Source: Macrostomum lignano (lineage: Eukaryota). Taken from it: DNA of 64,000 nucleotides. Location of the stretch: positions 124,001 to 188,000 of the forward strand of contig NIVC01000886.1 in assembly GCA_002269645.1 (NCBI GenBank), read 5' to 3'. Made by a program: the position numbers and the translations under genes. The notes beneath the pieces are model-generated. The model was not told the origin of the DNA, did not search any database, and saw only the letters and a list, made by a program, of their open reading frames with translations. Below, piece by piece: positions 12,116 through 23,600 of the stretch (its first letter is position 1; each line of letters opens with the position of its first letter).

Positions 12116-13980
12116 TTGTCTTCTTATCCATCGACAAACAACGCTGTTGACGATGCCATCCGAAGCGCCACCTCCGCAGGGCTCGACCAACGGAATCGGC
12201 TCGTATGGCCGACAATCAACGCCTTGACTGGTCGCAAGAAGAAAACGGTGCTAAACTTGACCGGCGACACGCCAGAAGTGCGCAGAAATGAGCTACGCGA
12301 CTTCTTCGCCGATATCGTCAACGCGCCGCCACCGCCTCTGCCAGAAGTGTAGCCACTGCCGCTCGAGACGCGCTGCCGTCGCAGGAAGATTTCAACACCC
12401 AGCCAGTGACCAGCAACGACGTTGTGCAGTTCGCTCGCCAGGCGCCGGGAAGTCGCGCCCCGGGACCGGACGAGGTGCCTATCGAGGTGCTGCGAGTCAC
12501 AAGGGTCGCCATTGAGGTGGCTCGTGTGATGAACGGTGTCCTTTCTGGAGATGCCGCGCCCCGCGAGTGGACAACCGCGCACATCGTCGCGATCCCGAAG
12601 AAGCCAGGCACGACACGGAAGGAGGAGCACAGGGGATCTCGCTTATGTCCTGCGCCGCGAAGCTGTGCAACCGGCTGCTGCTGGCTCGGTTACAGCCTGT
12701 GTTGGACCAGTTCCTGCGAACTGAGCAGAACGGGTTCCACCCACATCGCGGCACAGTGACGCAGATCCTAGCCCTCCGCCGCATCATCGAGGAGGCGCGC
12801 ATCCATCAGTCAAGTCTCGTGGTGATCTTCATTGATTTCCTCAAGGCCTTCGACTCGCTGGCTCGCGGCGCGCTGCCTCTCGTGCTTCGTGCGTACAATG
12901 TACCGGAGCAAGTGATTTCCGCCATCATGGCGATGTACCAGGACACGACCGCTTCGGTGATGACGCCAGATGGACTGTCAGACCAATTCAGCACGTCGTC
13001 AGGCGTGCTGCAGGGTGACACTTTGGCGCCTTTTCTGTTTGTGCTGGCACTGGACTGGGTGCTGAGAACCGGCCTGCCCAACCTGGATGACGGCTTCCTT
13101 TGAGAAGACGCACGAGTCGGCGGCACCCGGAGAAGTGGCTCTCCGTTCTCGGCTACGCGGACGACCTCGCGCTACTTTCATCGACGGCTGAAGGTGCCCA
13201 GCGGCTGCTTGATGGCCTGACGGCGGCAGCGTCGCGGGTCGGCCTTAAGCTGAACGCGAGGAAGACGGTAGTGTTCACGGTGCCCTCCGACTTGCCGGCC
13301 GAGATCAATTACCGAGACGCTGCCGGGAATGCATTTATGCTTACCCGCTGCGAGCGCTTTGTGTACCTCGGCGGTTCCGTGCCGGACGTTGCCGACGACC
13401 TGAAGAGACGACGAGGACTGACCTGGGCCGCATTTCGATCTGTGCGCTCCGTGCTCCAATCTGAGGCCCTGGACGACGGGCTCAAGGCTCGGCTGTTTCA
13501 GGCAGTCGTCGAGACTGTCCTGTTGTACAACGCCGAGACTTGGACCCTGACGGACGCCTTGGAGAGGCAGCTGAACGCTGCGCATGCGGCAATGCTGCGT
13601 GCGGCTTTCGGAGTGCGCAGCGGCCCAGGCAGCGAGACCAATGCCGCGCTCTACACTAGGGCGCGCCTGACGCGGCCTTCTGACCTGCTGCGCGGGCGGC
13701 GACTTCGACTGGCTGGCCACGTCATCCGGTCGGAGGCCCGCTGTCCTGAGCCGCTACACGACGTGCTGCTGCTCAAGCTGCAGGGACCGCGGAGGCGAGG
13801 CCAAGGGCGAACGGTGCGATACCCTGACCGACTTCTGAGTGACGCTGGCGCCCCAGACCAAGCAGGGGGATGCGACTTCCTGAGGGCAATGGCCCAGAGA
13901 CGCGCTTTCTGACTGCTCCCCCCTTTCTGGCTACTGCGTGGCCGGCGGGAGCAGTACCTTGTTGTAGTTGTTGTTGTTGT
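12116..13980 (+). mobile_element. 5'-truncated, degenerate non-LTR retrotransposon (RTE-like LINE), reverse transcriptase region
   Basis: RT motifs across shifted frames: APGPDEV, EWTTAHIVAIPKK, RGISLMS, EQNGF, FIDFLKAFDS, GVLQGDTLAPFLF, YADD, YLG, LLYNAETWTL. Stop at 12350 and at least 3 frameshifts. 3' stem-loop ctgctccc...gggagcag followed by a (TTG)n tail. Confidence 0.92.
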
Positions 13981-14198
13981 GCTTGAGCAAGACACTTAAC
14001 TCTGCATTTCACCCACCTGTATAATGGGTGCCAGCATTAGCTGGGGTAATTGAGGGTGTGTGTGGCGACCCCGTCCCCCAAAGTCCTTGGACTGAACAGC
14101 CGTACGCAGCCTTCAGATGCGCCGCGCAATAGCTGTGGCTGAGCTGTCGGTTGCACATCTGGCCCGATTGGGGCAGGTGTAATCAATTATTATTATTG
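13981..14198 (+). mobile_element. 5'-truncated SINE-like element with (TTA)n tail
   Basis: Second copy (inverted) at 4708-4895. ttgagcaagacacttaac...cacccacctgtataatgggt resembles the conserved central domains of invertebrate SINEs (CORE/Nin-type; recalled, not searched). Confidence 0.7.
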
Positions 14199-14577
14199 AG
14201 TCAAAGCGATCAGGAGGGTCAGTCTGGAGTCCATTTTTCTCGCGCATCAGACCGCTCGTAGCCCTTCGGTTGCCCCTCTCCCTGGGAGGGGGCGCAGCTT
14301 CTCCCCTCTCCGCTCGGCCTCATTGCACGGACTGACCTCGCCTGTCGACCATCGCCCTGCCTCTCCTGCCAGTCGGGATGTCTCGCCGTTTTCGCTTTGT
14401 CTGACACCCTGCCGACTGGCTCTGCCTTGTACCCGAGGCTGGCGTTGACGTCAAGTCGCTTTGCTCGGTATCTGGAATGGATGCTGGCTGCCACACTCTC
14501 TTCACACTCATGTCCCCGCTACTGAGTTCTAATTGTCCCGGTTATGCGTCTTATCTTTCACGTTTACTTTTTGAACT

Positions 14578-16692
14578 TCTAACCGATCTTTTCCCTTAGT
14601 GTTTTTTTGCTTTGGCTTTTTTTATATAGCGTTTACTTGAGGACTTCTAAACCCTACACCAACTAACGGCGTCAAGTAATAGCGCCAGTTTAGCGCGCAA
14701 ATCGAGGGCGCCAAATATGGGCGCCGCACTGATGGCGCGCCAATGCCAGGCGCAGTGCAGGGGCAGCAGGAAAAGGGCGCCAATGCCAGGCCGCAGTGAA
14801 GGGGCAGCAGGAAAAGGGCGCCAATGCCAGGCCGCAGTGAAGGGGCAGCAGGAAAAGGGCGCCAATGCCAGGCCGCAGTGAAGGGGCAGCAGGAAAAGGG
14901 CGCCAATGCCAGGCCGCAGTGAAGGGCAGCAGGAAAAGGGCGCCAATGCCAGGCCGCAGTGAAGGGGCAGCAGGAAAAGGGCGCCAATGCCAGGCCGCAA
15001 TGCAGGGGCAGCAGGAAAAGGGCGCCAATGCCAGGCCGCAATGCAGGGGCAGCAGGAAAAGGGCACCAATGCCAGGCCGCAGTGAAGGGGCAGCAGGAAA
15101 AGGGCGCCAATGCCAGGCCGCAGTGAAGGGGCAGCAGGAAAAGGGCGCCAATGCCAGGCCGCAGTGAAGGGGCAGCAGGAAAAGGGCGCCAATGCCAGGC
15201 CGCAGTGAAGGGGCAGCAGGAAAAGGGCGCCAATGCCAGGCCGCAATGCAGGGGCAGCAGGAAAAGGGCGCCAATGCCAGGCCGCAGTGAAGGGGCAGCA
15301 GGAAAAGGGCGCCAATGCCAGGCCGCAGTGAAGGGGCAGCAGGAAAAGGGCGCCAATGCCAGGCCGCAATGAAGGGGCAGCAGGAAAAGGGCGCCAATGC
15401 CAGGCCGCAATGCAGGGGCAGCAGGAAAAGGGCGCCAATGCCAGGCCGCAATGCAGGGGCAGCAGGAAAAGGGCGCCAATGCCAGGCCGCAGTGAAGGGG
15501 CAGCAGGAAAAGGGCGCCAATGCCAGGCCGCAGTGAAGGGGCAGCAGGAAAAGGGCGCCAATGCCAGGCCGCAATGAAGGGGCAGCAGGAAAAGGGCGCC
15601 AATGCCAGGCCGCAATGCAGGGGCAGCAGGAAAAGGGCGCCAATGCCAGGCCGCAGTGAAGGGGCAGCAGGAAAAGGGCGCCATAGCTGCAGAGGCTGCT
15701 GAGCTAAGTTGGCTGTGGGAGTTCTGAGAGCGGAGCTTAGTGCTGCATTTGGGCGCCGGTCCTCAGCGGCTGTCCTGGCGGGGTCGCCAGAAGGGCAGCT
15801 CAAAAGTTCAGTGGGGCCGCAGCAGCCCCTCAGCTCAGCCGCTGGATTCGCCCCTGCTGCAAAATGGCCGAGTGCCGCACTGCTCAAACTCAAACTGCAG
15901 CAACAGCGGAAAATGGTAAAAAACAGCAGAGAGCAAATGCTCGGGGTGAGTGGCAGGTGGGCGAGCGGTCAGCCTGGCTACACGGGAGGCGTGGAAGCTT
16001 CCAGAAAAAAGTGTTCTGCATCACGAATTTTCAATGTTGAGTTTGCAGAACGGTGAATAATTGTGAATTGTGATGAATTTGGCCAGTTTTAAAGCGAAAC
16101 CAAGTTTTTCAAAATTTGAGCAGACAGTCAGGTGCCTCCGCCCAGCTTGACCTGCTGTTCCTTGGAAACGAAGTGGCCTTGCCTGGGCCTTCCACGCCTC
16201 TTGTGCGCACTGGCCAGCCTATTGATTGCTTTGGGGTGGGGCAAAGGTTCCGTTTTTGGATTGTGAGTTTTTTACCCGCTTTCTTGCCAATGTACAGTCA
16301 AGTTTTACTCATTTGTCTGAGGGGTAGGGATACCTGTGCTTGCGCTGTCAGCCTTCAGATGTACGGGAATGACTTTCTGTGACGGCTGCGTACGATCGGT
16401 TTTATCGCACTGCCTCCCTTCCAACCGGCGAAGAAAAGGGAGAAGTGAGGCTTCTGTCGCTAACCGCTGCTTTGTTGGTCTCTCTGCCCCATCCGCGGTC
16501 TTCTTCCTCTTCCTCCTATTTCAAGTACCGACGTGATTCCTTGCGCGCCTCCACCTTCTCTGCGACCTGCGAGTCTCAGCCTTGCGAGTTCAAAACTGGC
16601 CATCGGTGAGTCCTGCTCTGCCCTGCTTCAGTCTGCTGGGTTTGCGTTAGAGTTGAAGCTGAAGCTGTCAATTAGGCTTGCGATTGCTCACC
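14578..16692 (+). repeat. 5' flank and probable 5'UTR exon of ankyrin-cGLR copy 2, paralogous to 1-1490
   Basis: Collinear with 1-1490 apart from the 41-bp array expansion; donor catcg|gtgagt at 16606. Confidence 0.8.
14739..15682. repeat. 41-bp GC-rich minisatellite (ccaatgccaggccgcagtgaaggggcagcaggaaaagggcg), about 23 copies
   Basis: Direct reading; single unit at 160-206 in the paralogous segment. Confidence 0.97.
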
Positions 16693-16721
16693 GAGTTTAC
16701 GACTTTACGCTGAATTTGTAC

Positions 16722-18960
16722 CTTCTAGCTCCCCTCCATCCCAGTGGGGAATTTCAGTACGCCCAACCGTGCGCTGACGGCGGCGCCCCTTATTGAGCGC
16801 TCGTGTGCCGACGCGTACGGTATAGGACTACGCCGCGCGGTTGCCCCGAACGGTGCGGGGCGCACGGTTAGATTTATATCGAATATACTACTTTTATCCT
16901 ACTAATAGTAGTATGCTTAGCACATGCAAGAAAAACTTTTTTGCATTTGCAGGCATATTGTACGTACCGCTTATTGCATGAATTTCCCAAGGAATAACTA
17001 TAAGAGTGTTTACAATTACTTGAACTATAAATGAACTGCTCGTTGCGCTGAATTTCATTTTATTTGTGTATTTACAGAACAACTTATAAATGAGAAGAAA
17101 AACTTACACTAACGAAATTTTGAGAATACGTAAGATTTCTACATGCAAGCACATTTCTGACAATTACATGAAATTACATCTAACAATTGTAATTATGAAA
17201 TAAAAGCAGCATTAAAGTTGATGTTAACAACGGTATAGTGTCCATAAAAAACTAAAAAGTAAGAACTATAACGGAATAGATAAGAATTAGAATAGAAAAG
17301 ACAAAAAATCATTTACGCAAAAGTAAGTTCATTTCAAGCATTATAGATACGGGAAACAAGCCTGTAAACTGTCTCCTACATTTATAGATTTATTCGACGA
17401 GTTGTGACGAGTGTAAGCTAGGATTTATACGCATACGGCTTGTTTCTCGCCTCTCCTATGGTTTCTGCCCTTTCTGGCACCATCTCTCAAAAATTTCTGA
17501 CCCCTCTAACAAAGCTTTTGCGCCTTCTGTGACAAAGTTTCTGAAGCCCTTTGAAAGTAACCCATTCTACTGTATCGGTGTTCAGCAGTCGCAACTGTCG
17601 ATACTTATTGATTTACATGCAAAAAATTCAGTCATTAATAGTGGTCAGTGTCCCTCTGATCATCCTCAGACTCGAACGATGACACAAATCTCTGAAATGG
17701 CACCAGCCGCTGCACTAATTTGCGGCTCTTACGGCCCTGGCACTTGCTTTGTGGCGCTTGGCGCTTGTTATGAGTTGACGGCGGTGCAGCTGAGGCAGCT
17801 GAGGCGGACAACCTTCTGTCGTTAGAAGGCTTCGATGCCGGATCTGCTGAGGAAGCAGACGACCCCTTAGGGCCGCTATTATTGGTAGGCGTTGATGCAG
17901 GGGCAGCGGGCCGATTGGCTGCTGCAAGTTCAGGCTGTCGCCGATGTATTCTCCCAGCAATTCTGTCGTTGCCGCGTTTGAGCTGATCCACAACGACAGT
18001 TTTTACATTGTCTCGGGAGGGACGCCCAAGCTCTTCAGACGGGCCATAGATGGTGATGGCATCTGTGGGTTCAAAAGTTGACCGGTATATATTGTGGAGC
18101 CAAATTACGAAGCGCTAAGTTAGATTTCCTTAGTTTTGTATGTTAAATGAAGAATTGTTTTTACATTTTGCTAATACTTGTACGCCCATGTTGCCCATCT
18201 CCCCTTTTAAAAGTAAAAAGGAATAAGTAAATATTTATTTAGTGTAATAGACAGAAAGTCCATACCTTGAAATCTCTCAATGAATACGGCACTAAAAGCC
18301 AATTCGCCATCTGATAGAATAGTCTCAATGCCAGCGTAATGGGCTCTCGCCTGCAGGTCATTGCCCTTAAAGTTTATGACCGCCTGCATATTCGCCGACA
18401 GAGTGCAGTCCAGCATAGCCCGGATAGAATCCTGCCATCTCTGTCTGCTACACAGACGCGGTAGAAGCCTCTGGAAATAGTTGTGGTAATGATATACATT
18501 CTGTATTTTCAATGTATTTTCAACGTATATAAAGAGCTTTAAAGTTGATTTTCTGTCATACTACTCACTAGCTATAATCAGTAGAGTAACTAGCAAATTT
18601 TGTGTAGTTTAAGTTTGAAATTTAATTTATCGAAAATTTAACTTAAAAATGCTGAGTTTCTAATTCTAACACATTTTGCATGGGCAGATGCTAAATATAT
18701 TTTTGTTGGCTAAATATAAATATAATTTACCAAGGATGCTAAATGCTCCACTGGCCGCTCGTCAGCAAACTGAACGTTACTGCTCCCAGCTTCTGATAGG
18801 CCAAAAGGTGGTCTCTGGCGCAGCGTCTGGGTCCAGTGAAGCTGAAATCCGCGTCAGCTCAGCACACATTCCCGACACCTCTGTTGAGATGCTCCACGAG
18901 CTGAATATGCCGTACCTCGGACTCTCGAAGGCGACTTAGCTGCACAAATAGCAACCCAAG
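16722..18960 (-). mobile_element. Inserted segment with a degenerate DUF4806/BEN-like gene and a palindromic end, inside the first intron of copy 2
   Basis: Not present in copy 1. Minus-strand pieces: FWPIRSWEQ (with stops), WQDSIRAMLDCTLSANMQAVINFKGND, and a terminal exon-like piece ending at 17635. Inverted repeat aaccgtgcgc/gcgcacggtt at about 16765-16870. Confidence 0.3.
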
Positions 18961-19003
18961 AAAACTGTCCAACGGGCCCGTGTGGCGTCTTTCAAATTGG
19001 TCA

Positions 19004-20333
19004 CTGTGATCTGTCACTCTGGGTTGGGACCTGAGCACTGTGATCTGTCACTCTAGGCTGGGACCTGAGCACTGATCTGTCACTCTGGGTTGGGACCTGA
19101 GCACTGTGATCTGTCACTCTAGGCTGGGACCTGAGCACTGAGATCTGTCACTCTGGGCTGGGACCTGAGCACTGTGATCTGTCACTCTGGGCTGGGACCT
19201 GAGCACTGTGATCTGTCACTCTGGCCTGGGACCTGAGCACTGTGATCTGTCATTCTGGACTGGGACCTGAGCACTGTGATCAGTCACTCTGGGCTGGGAC
19301 CTGAGCACTGTGATCTGTCACTCTGGGCTGGGACCTGAGCACTGTGATCTGTCACTCTGGGCTGGGACCTGAGCACTGTGATCTGTCATTCTGGACTGGG
19401 ACCTGAGCACTGTGATCAGTCACTCTGGGCTGGGACCTGAGCACTGTGATCTGTCACTCTGGGCTGGGACCTGAGCACTGTGATCTGTCTCTCTGGGCTG
19501 GGACCTGAGCACTGTGATCTGTCACTCTGGGCTGGGACCTGAGCACTGTGATCTGTCACTCTGGGCTGGGACCTGAGCACTGTGATCTGTCACTCTGGGC
19601 TGGGACCTGAGCACTGTGATCTGTCACTCTGGGCTGGGACCTGAGCACTGTGATCTGTCACTCTAGGCTGGGACCTGAGCACTGAGATCTGTCACTCTGG
19701 GCTGGGACCTGAGCACTGTGATCTGTCACTCTGGGCTGGGACCTGAGCACTGTGATCTGTCACTCTGGGCTGGGACCTGAGCACTGTGATCTGTCACTCT
19801 GGGGTGGGACCTGAGCACTGTGATCTGTCACTCTGGGCTGGGACCTGAGCACTGTGATCTGTCACTCTGGGCTGCGACCTGAGCACTGTGATCTGTCATT
19901 CTGGGCTGGGACCTGAGCACTGTGATCTGTCACTCTGGGCTGGGACCTGAGCACTGTGATCTGTCACTCTGGGCTGGGACCTGAGCACTGTGATCTGTCA
20001 CTCTGGGCTGGGACCTGAGCACTGTGATCAGTCACTCTGGGCTGGGACCTGAGCACTGTGATCTGTCACTCTGGGCTGGGACCTGAGCACTGTGATCTGT
20101 CACTCTGGGCTGGGACCTGAGCACTGTGATCTGTCACTCTGGGGTGGGACCTGAGCACTGTGATCTGTCACTCTGGGCTGGGACCTGAGCACTGTGATCT
20201 GTCATTCTGGGCTGGGACCTGAGCACTGTGATCTGTCACTCTGGGCTGGGACCTGAGCACTGTGATCTGTCATTCTGGGCTGGGACCTGAGCACTGTGAT
20301 CTGTCACTCTGGGCTGGGACCTGAGCACTGTCA
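19004..20333. repeat. 34-bp minisatellite (ctgtgatctgtcactctgggctgggacctgagca), about 39 copies
   Basis: atctgtcactct at 19143 and 19177, continuing at 34-bp spacing. Confidence 0.97.
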
Positions 20334-20615
20334 TTCTGAGCTGCTTGCCAACCAACTGGCTGAAGCAGCGGCAAAGTGGGAGAGAAAAACTCACCAAGGC
20401 GGTTTAACAAGGCACTTTCCTGTGCACCCGAGCCGCCTCATCCAACTGATGCGATTTCAAGCCATTCGTTGTTTTGCTTTGAACAGATCAAAACAAACTG
20501 CAACTCTGACAGCAGCAGTTTTTTATATATTCGTTTTCTCCTTCCCTCTCCTTCACCCATCAACAGGAAAGTATTTTTCTTCTAGTGAAAAGCACTCACC
20601 GGTGAACCAAGCAGA

Positions 20616-23600
20616 ATGAGCCAACAAATCAGTGCTGACGAGGCAGCCAAAACAGGAAATATTCAGGCGCTCAGCCACTATCTGGATTTTCAACAAACAG
20701 AAAAAGACATATATAACTTCTGCAAAGGCTGTTCACAAATTGCCGCATTCAAAGGACAGTGGGAAGTCTTCAAGTTTCTCGTGCAGAGAATCGCTGACCA
20801 TACATATGCAAACAGAGATCACTGCTGGATCGAGGATGCCGAATTTGCAGCACTCAATCGTCTTTGGGACGTCGTTAAGTTTCTTGTGCCGACAGTCGCT
20901 GACCAAACAAAAAGAGATCACTTCTGCATCGAGGCTGCGAAATATGCCGCAAGCAAGGGTCACTTGGAAGTCGTAAAGTATCTCGTGCCTATGTTAGATG
21001 ACCAAAAAAAAAGAGATCACCTCCGCATCGAGGCTGCGAAATATGCTGCAAGCAATGGTCACTTAGAAGTCGTCAAGTTTCTCGTGCCTACACTAGCTGG
21101 CAAAACACAAAGAGATCAGTGCTGCATCGAGGCTGCCAAGTATGCTGCAACTAATGGTCACTTAGAAGCCATCAAATATCTCGTGGCGACAGTCTCTGAC
21201 AAAACACAAAGAGATCAGTGCTGCATCGAGGCTGCTAAATTTGCTACAGAATTGAATCAACGAGAAGTGATGAAGTGCCTTCTTTCTTGTTTTTCAACCC
21301 TGGATCTCGGTTTGCAATGGGCGGTCGAGGCTTGCTCTCGTCTTCATAAAGATGTTGATGCCTCCCTCGGTCTCGAGCCCGACTGGCTCTTCCAATCCAG
21401 CACCATCCTCACCTTCACTGCAGCAATGGCCATCGAAGGCAGGAACTCTGTTCTCAACGACACCCTCTCTCGAATGCAGCCAGTTCACATCACACAGCTG
21501 CTCCGTCACTCCATTTCTCAAAGACACGTCGCTCTTGCTGTCACACTGATCAATGATGAGCGAGTCAGCACAGAGCATGTCGATCTGCCAGACAGCACTG
21601 GAGCCACTGCTCTCATGCTGGCAGCTGATGCAGGTCATCACGAGCTCATTGAGAAACTCATCGATCTCGGTGCGTCAGTGCGTGCTGAAGATAGTCAGGG
21701 TCGGACTGCTCTGTCACGAGCGTGCGAAGCCGGTCACGTGCGGGTAGTCAAGGTTCTGATCGACAGAGGAGCGGATGCGAGTCATCGAGACGGTCGGGGC
21801 CTGACGTGTGCGCAGGTGGCAGAGCGATTTGAGCAGCAGCAGGTGCTGCGGTTGCTGGATGCCAGTGGAGCGGGGTGAGTAAGGCGAGAATCTTTTCATT
21901 ACAAACAAAGACAAAGACAAAGACAAAGACAAAGAATAATCTTTGCGTCTCATGGAACGGCGAAATATAAGAGACCCCTTGTGAACAGATGTTTTATTTA
22001 AATGCAATACTTGAGTAGAAGCAAAAACACTGCTGTGAGAACCCTGGCTTTCCTTCCCGCATTGCAGAAGCCCAGAGGCCCGACAGGCAGCCGTTCACCG
22101 CTTGGATTCGGGCCTCCATCGGTGAGTCTGACCGATTAGGCTTTCACTGCCGCATTGCGCCTTCCAACAGGTTGGCAGCTTGGGGAAAAATTGCAGTGAA
22201 ACTCGGCAGGGCTGAGATTGGGTTGGACTGAGTGCAGCAGCAGCTGCACTCTCAGCTCTCCTGCTTGAGATGCCAGTCTGTGTGCTGCAGCAGCTGCACT
22301 CTCAGCTCTCCTGCTTGAGATGCCAGTCTGAGTGCTGCAGCAGCTGCACTCTCAGCTCTCCTGCTTGTTCTGTCCATCCAACTCAGAGCAACTCCCGCAC
22401 ACACATCTCGGATCATTCCAGGCTCTCAGACGACTCCCAGAAAGAAAGGCGCCTGAGCAAGGAGCTGCATCGACTGCTCAGCGATGCGGGATTCACCTGG
22501 CAGAGAGCAAAGTGTCAGCAGAGACTGGCTGACTGGCTGGAAGAAGTCGCTCGAGTCCTCACACAGGATGGCAGGCAGATAACGGGCAGCTACGCAGAGG
22601 GCTGGGCCAACAGTCTGGTGCAAGTGAACGGCAGGACAGCTGCAGACTCGGACATTGACTGGACTGTGCTGGTTGCTGGGCAGCAGTTCCATCTGGAAGG
22701 TGGCTGCAACGGAGATCGGCAGCAATGCAGAGACGCCACTCGGCTGCAGGTCACAGAGGGCCACGCACAGGTGGCAGTAGGAGCAGGTGAGTGAGGCTGG
22801 GTTCATCATCAGAATGCTGAGATCCGTATGCAACTGGAAGCCCAATAACTGCTCAATTATACGTATAATCAATTGTATATTTTTAAGTAGCACCCAGCCT
22901 CCAGCAGCTTTAAATTGAATTGAAAACTCTGATGCCAACTGGCTAAGCTGGGTCATTGGGTTTTGAATTCACAGGCTCCGATTGCAGCAGAGTGGGTGCA
23001 GCGGTGCTTGGGTGACCCACGGTAGGCGGCATGGCTCTGCTGAGGTGCCGCTGCTCTCACTTGGAAAATTTCAAACAAAATAAACCGAAGCCGCCCTGAC
23101 TGCCTGATTGGTGCCTTGCTGCGGGACACTGAGTCCTGATGATGCTTGAGCAGCTGTGCTGAGATGCAACCTGATGAAGCCAGAGCACCTGAAGCTGAAG
23201 CTGGGCGGACTCAGTGGGTGCAGAGGCTCATGCCTCACAGGTGCACTTGTTTGGCTCTGCAGAGAGCGCGAAATTCTGTGGCGTCTCACCGAGCAGCTTG
23301 GGTTGCAAACTGGGCCAGACGGAGAGCATTACAACCCTCGCCACACAGCGAGAGGCGCCCCCACTCCCACTGGAGTCTCTAACGCCCTTTGCAGGCTAGA
23401 CCACGCCGCCCACAATGTACACATTTTTATTGATAAATAAGAATAGCTCGTGTGTATTGGTTAGTAGATGAAAATGGAGTTACAAAAGCAACCTTTTTAC
23501 TTGAGGGGGAAATTTCATTGGACAGTCAAATACCCGAAATTCTCTACCAGCCAAGAGAAAATCTGCAGTTTCAAACCAACTCATCTTTTTCACTCGCCAC

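Noticed and set aside
14622-15893. 300-420 aa minus-strand ORFs
   Set aside because: Products of the 41-bp array, with identical peptides cycling through all frames.
16722-16760. Definite Helitron 3' end on the minus strand
   Set aside because: The CTAG is followed by A rather than T and the hairpin is weak; kept only as a low-confidence note.
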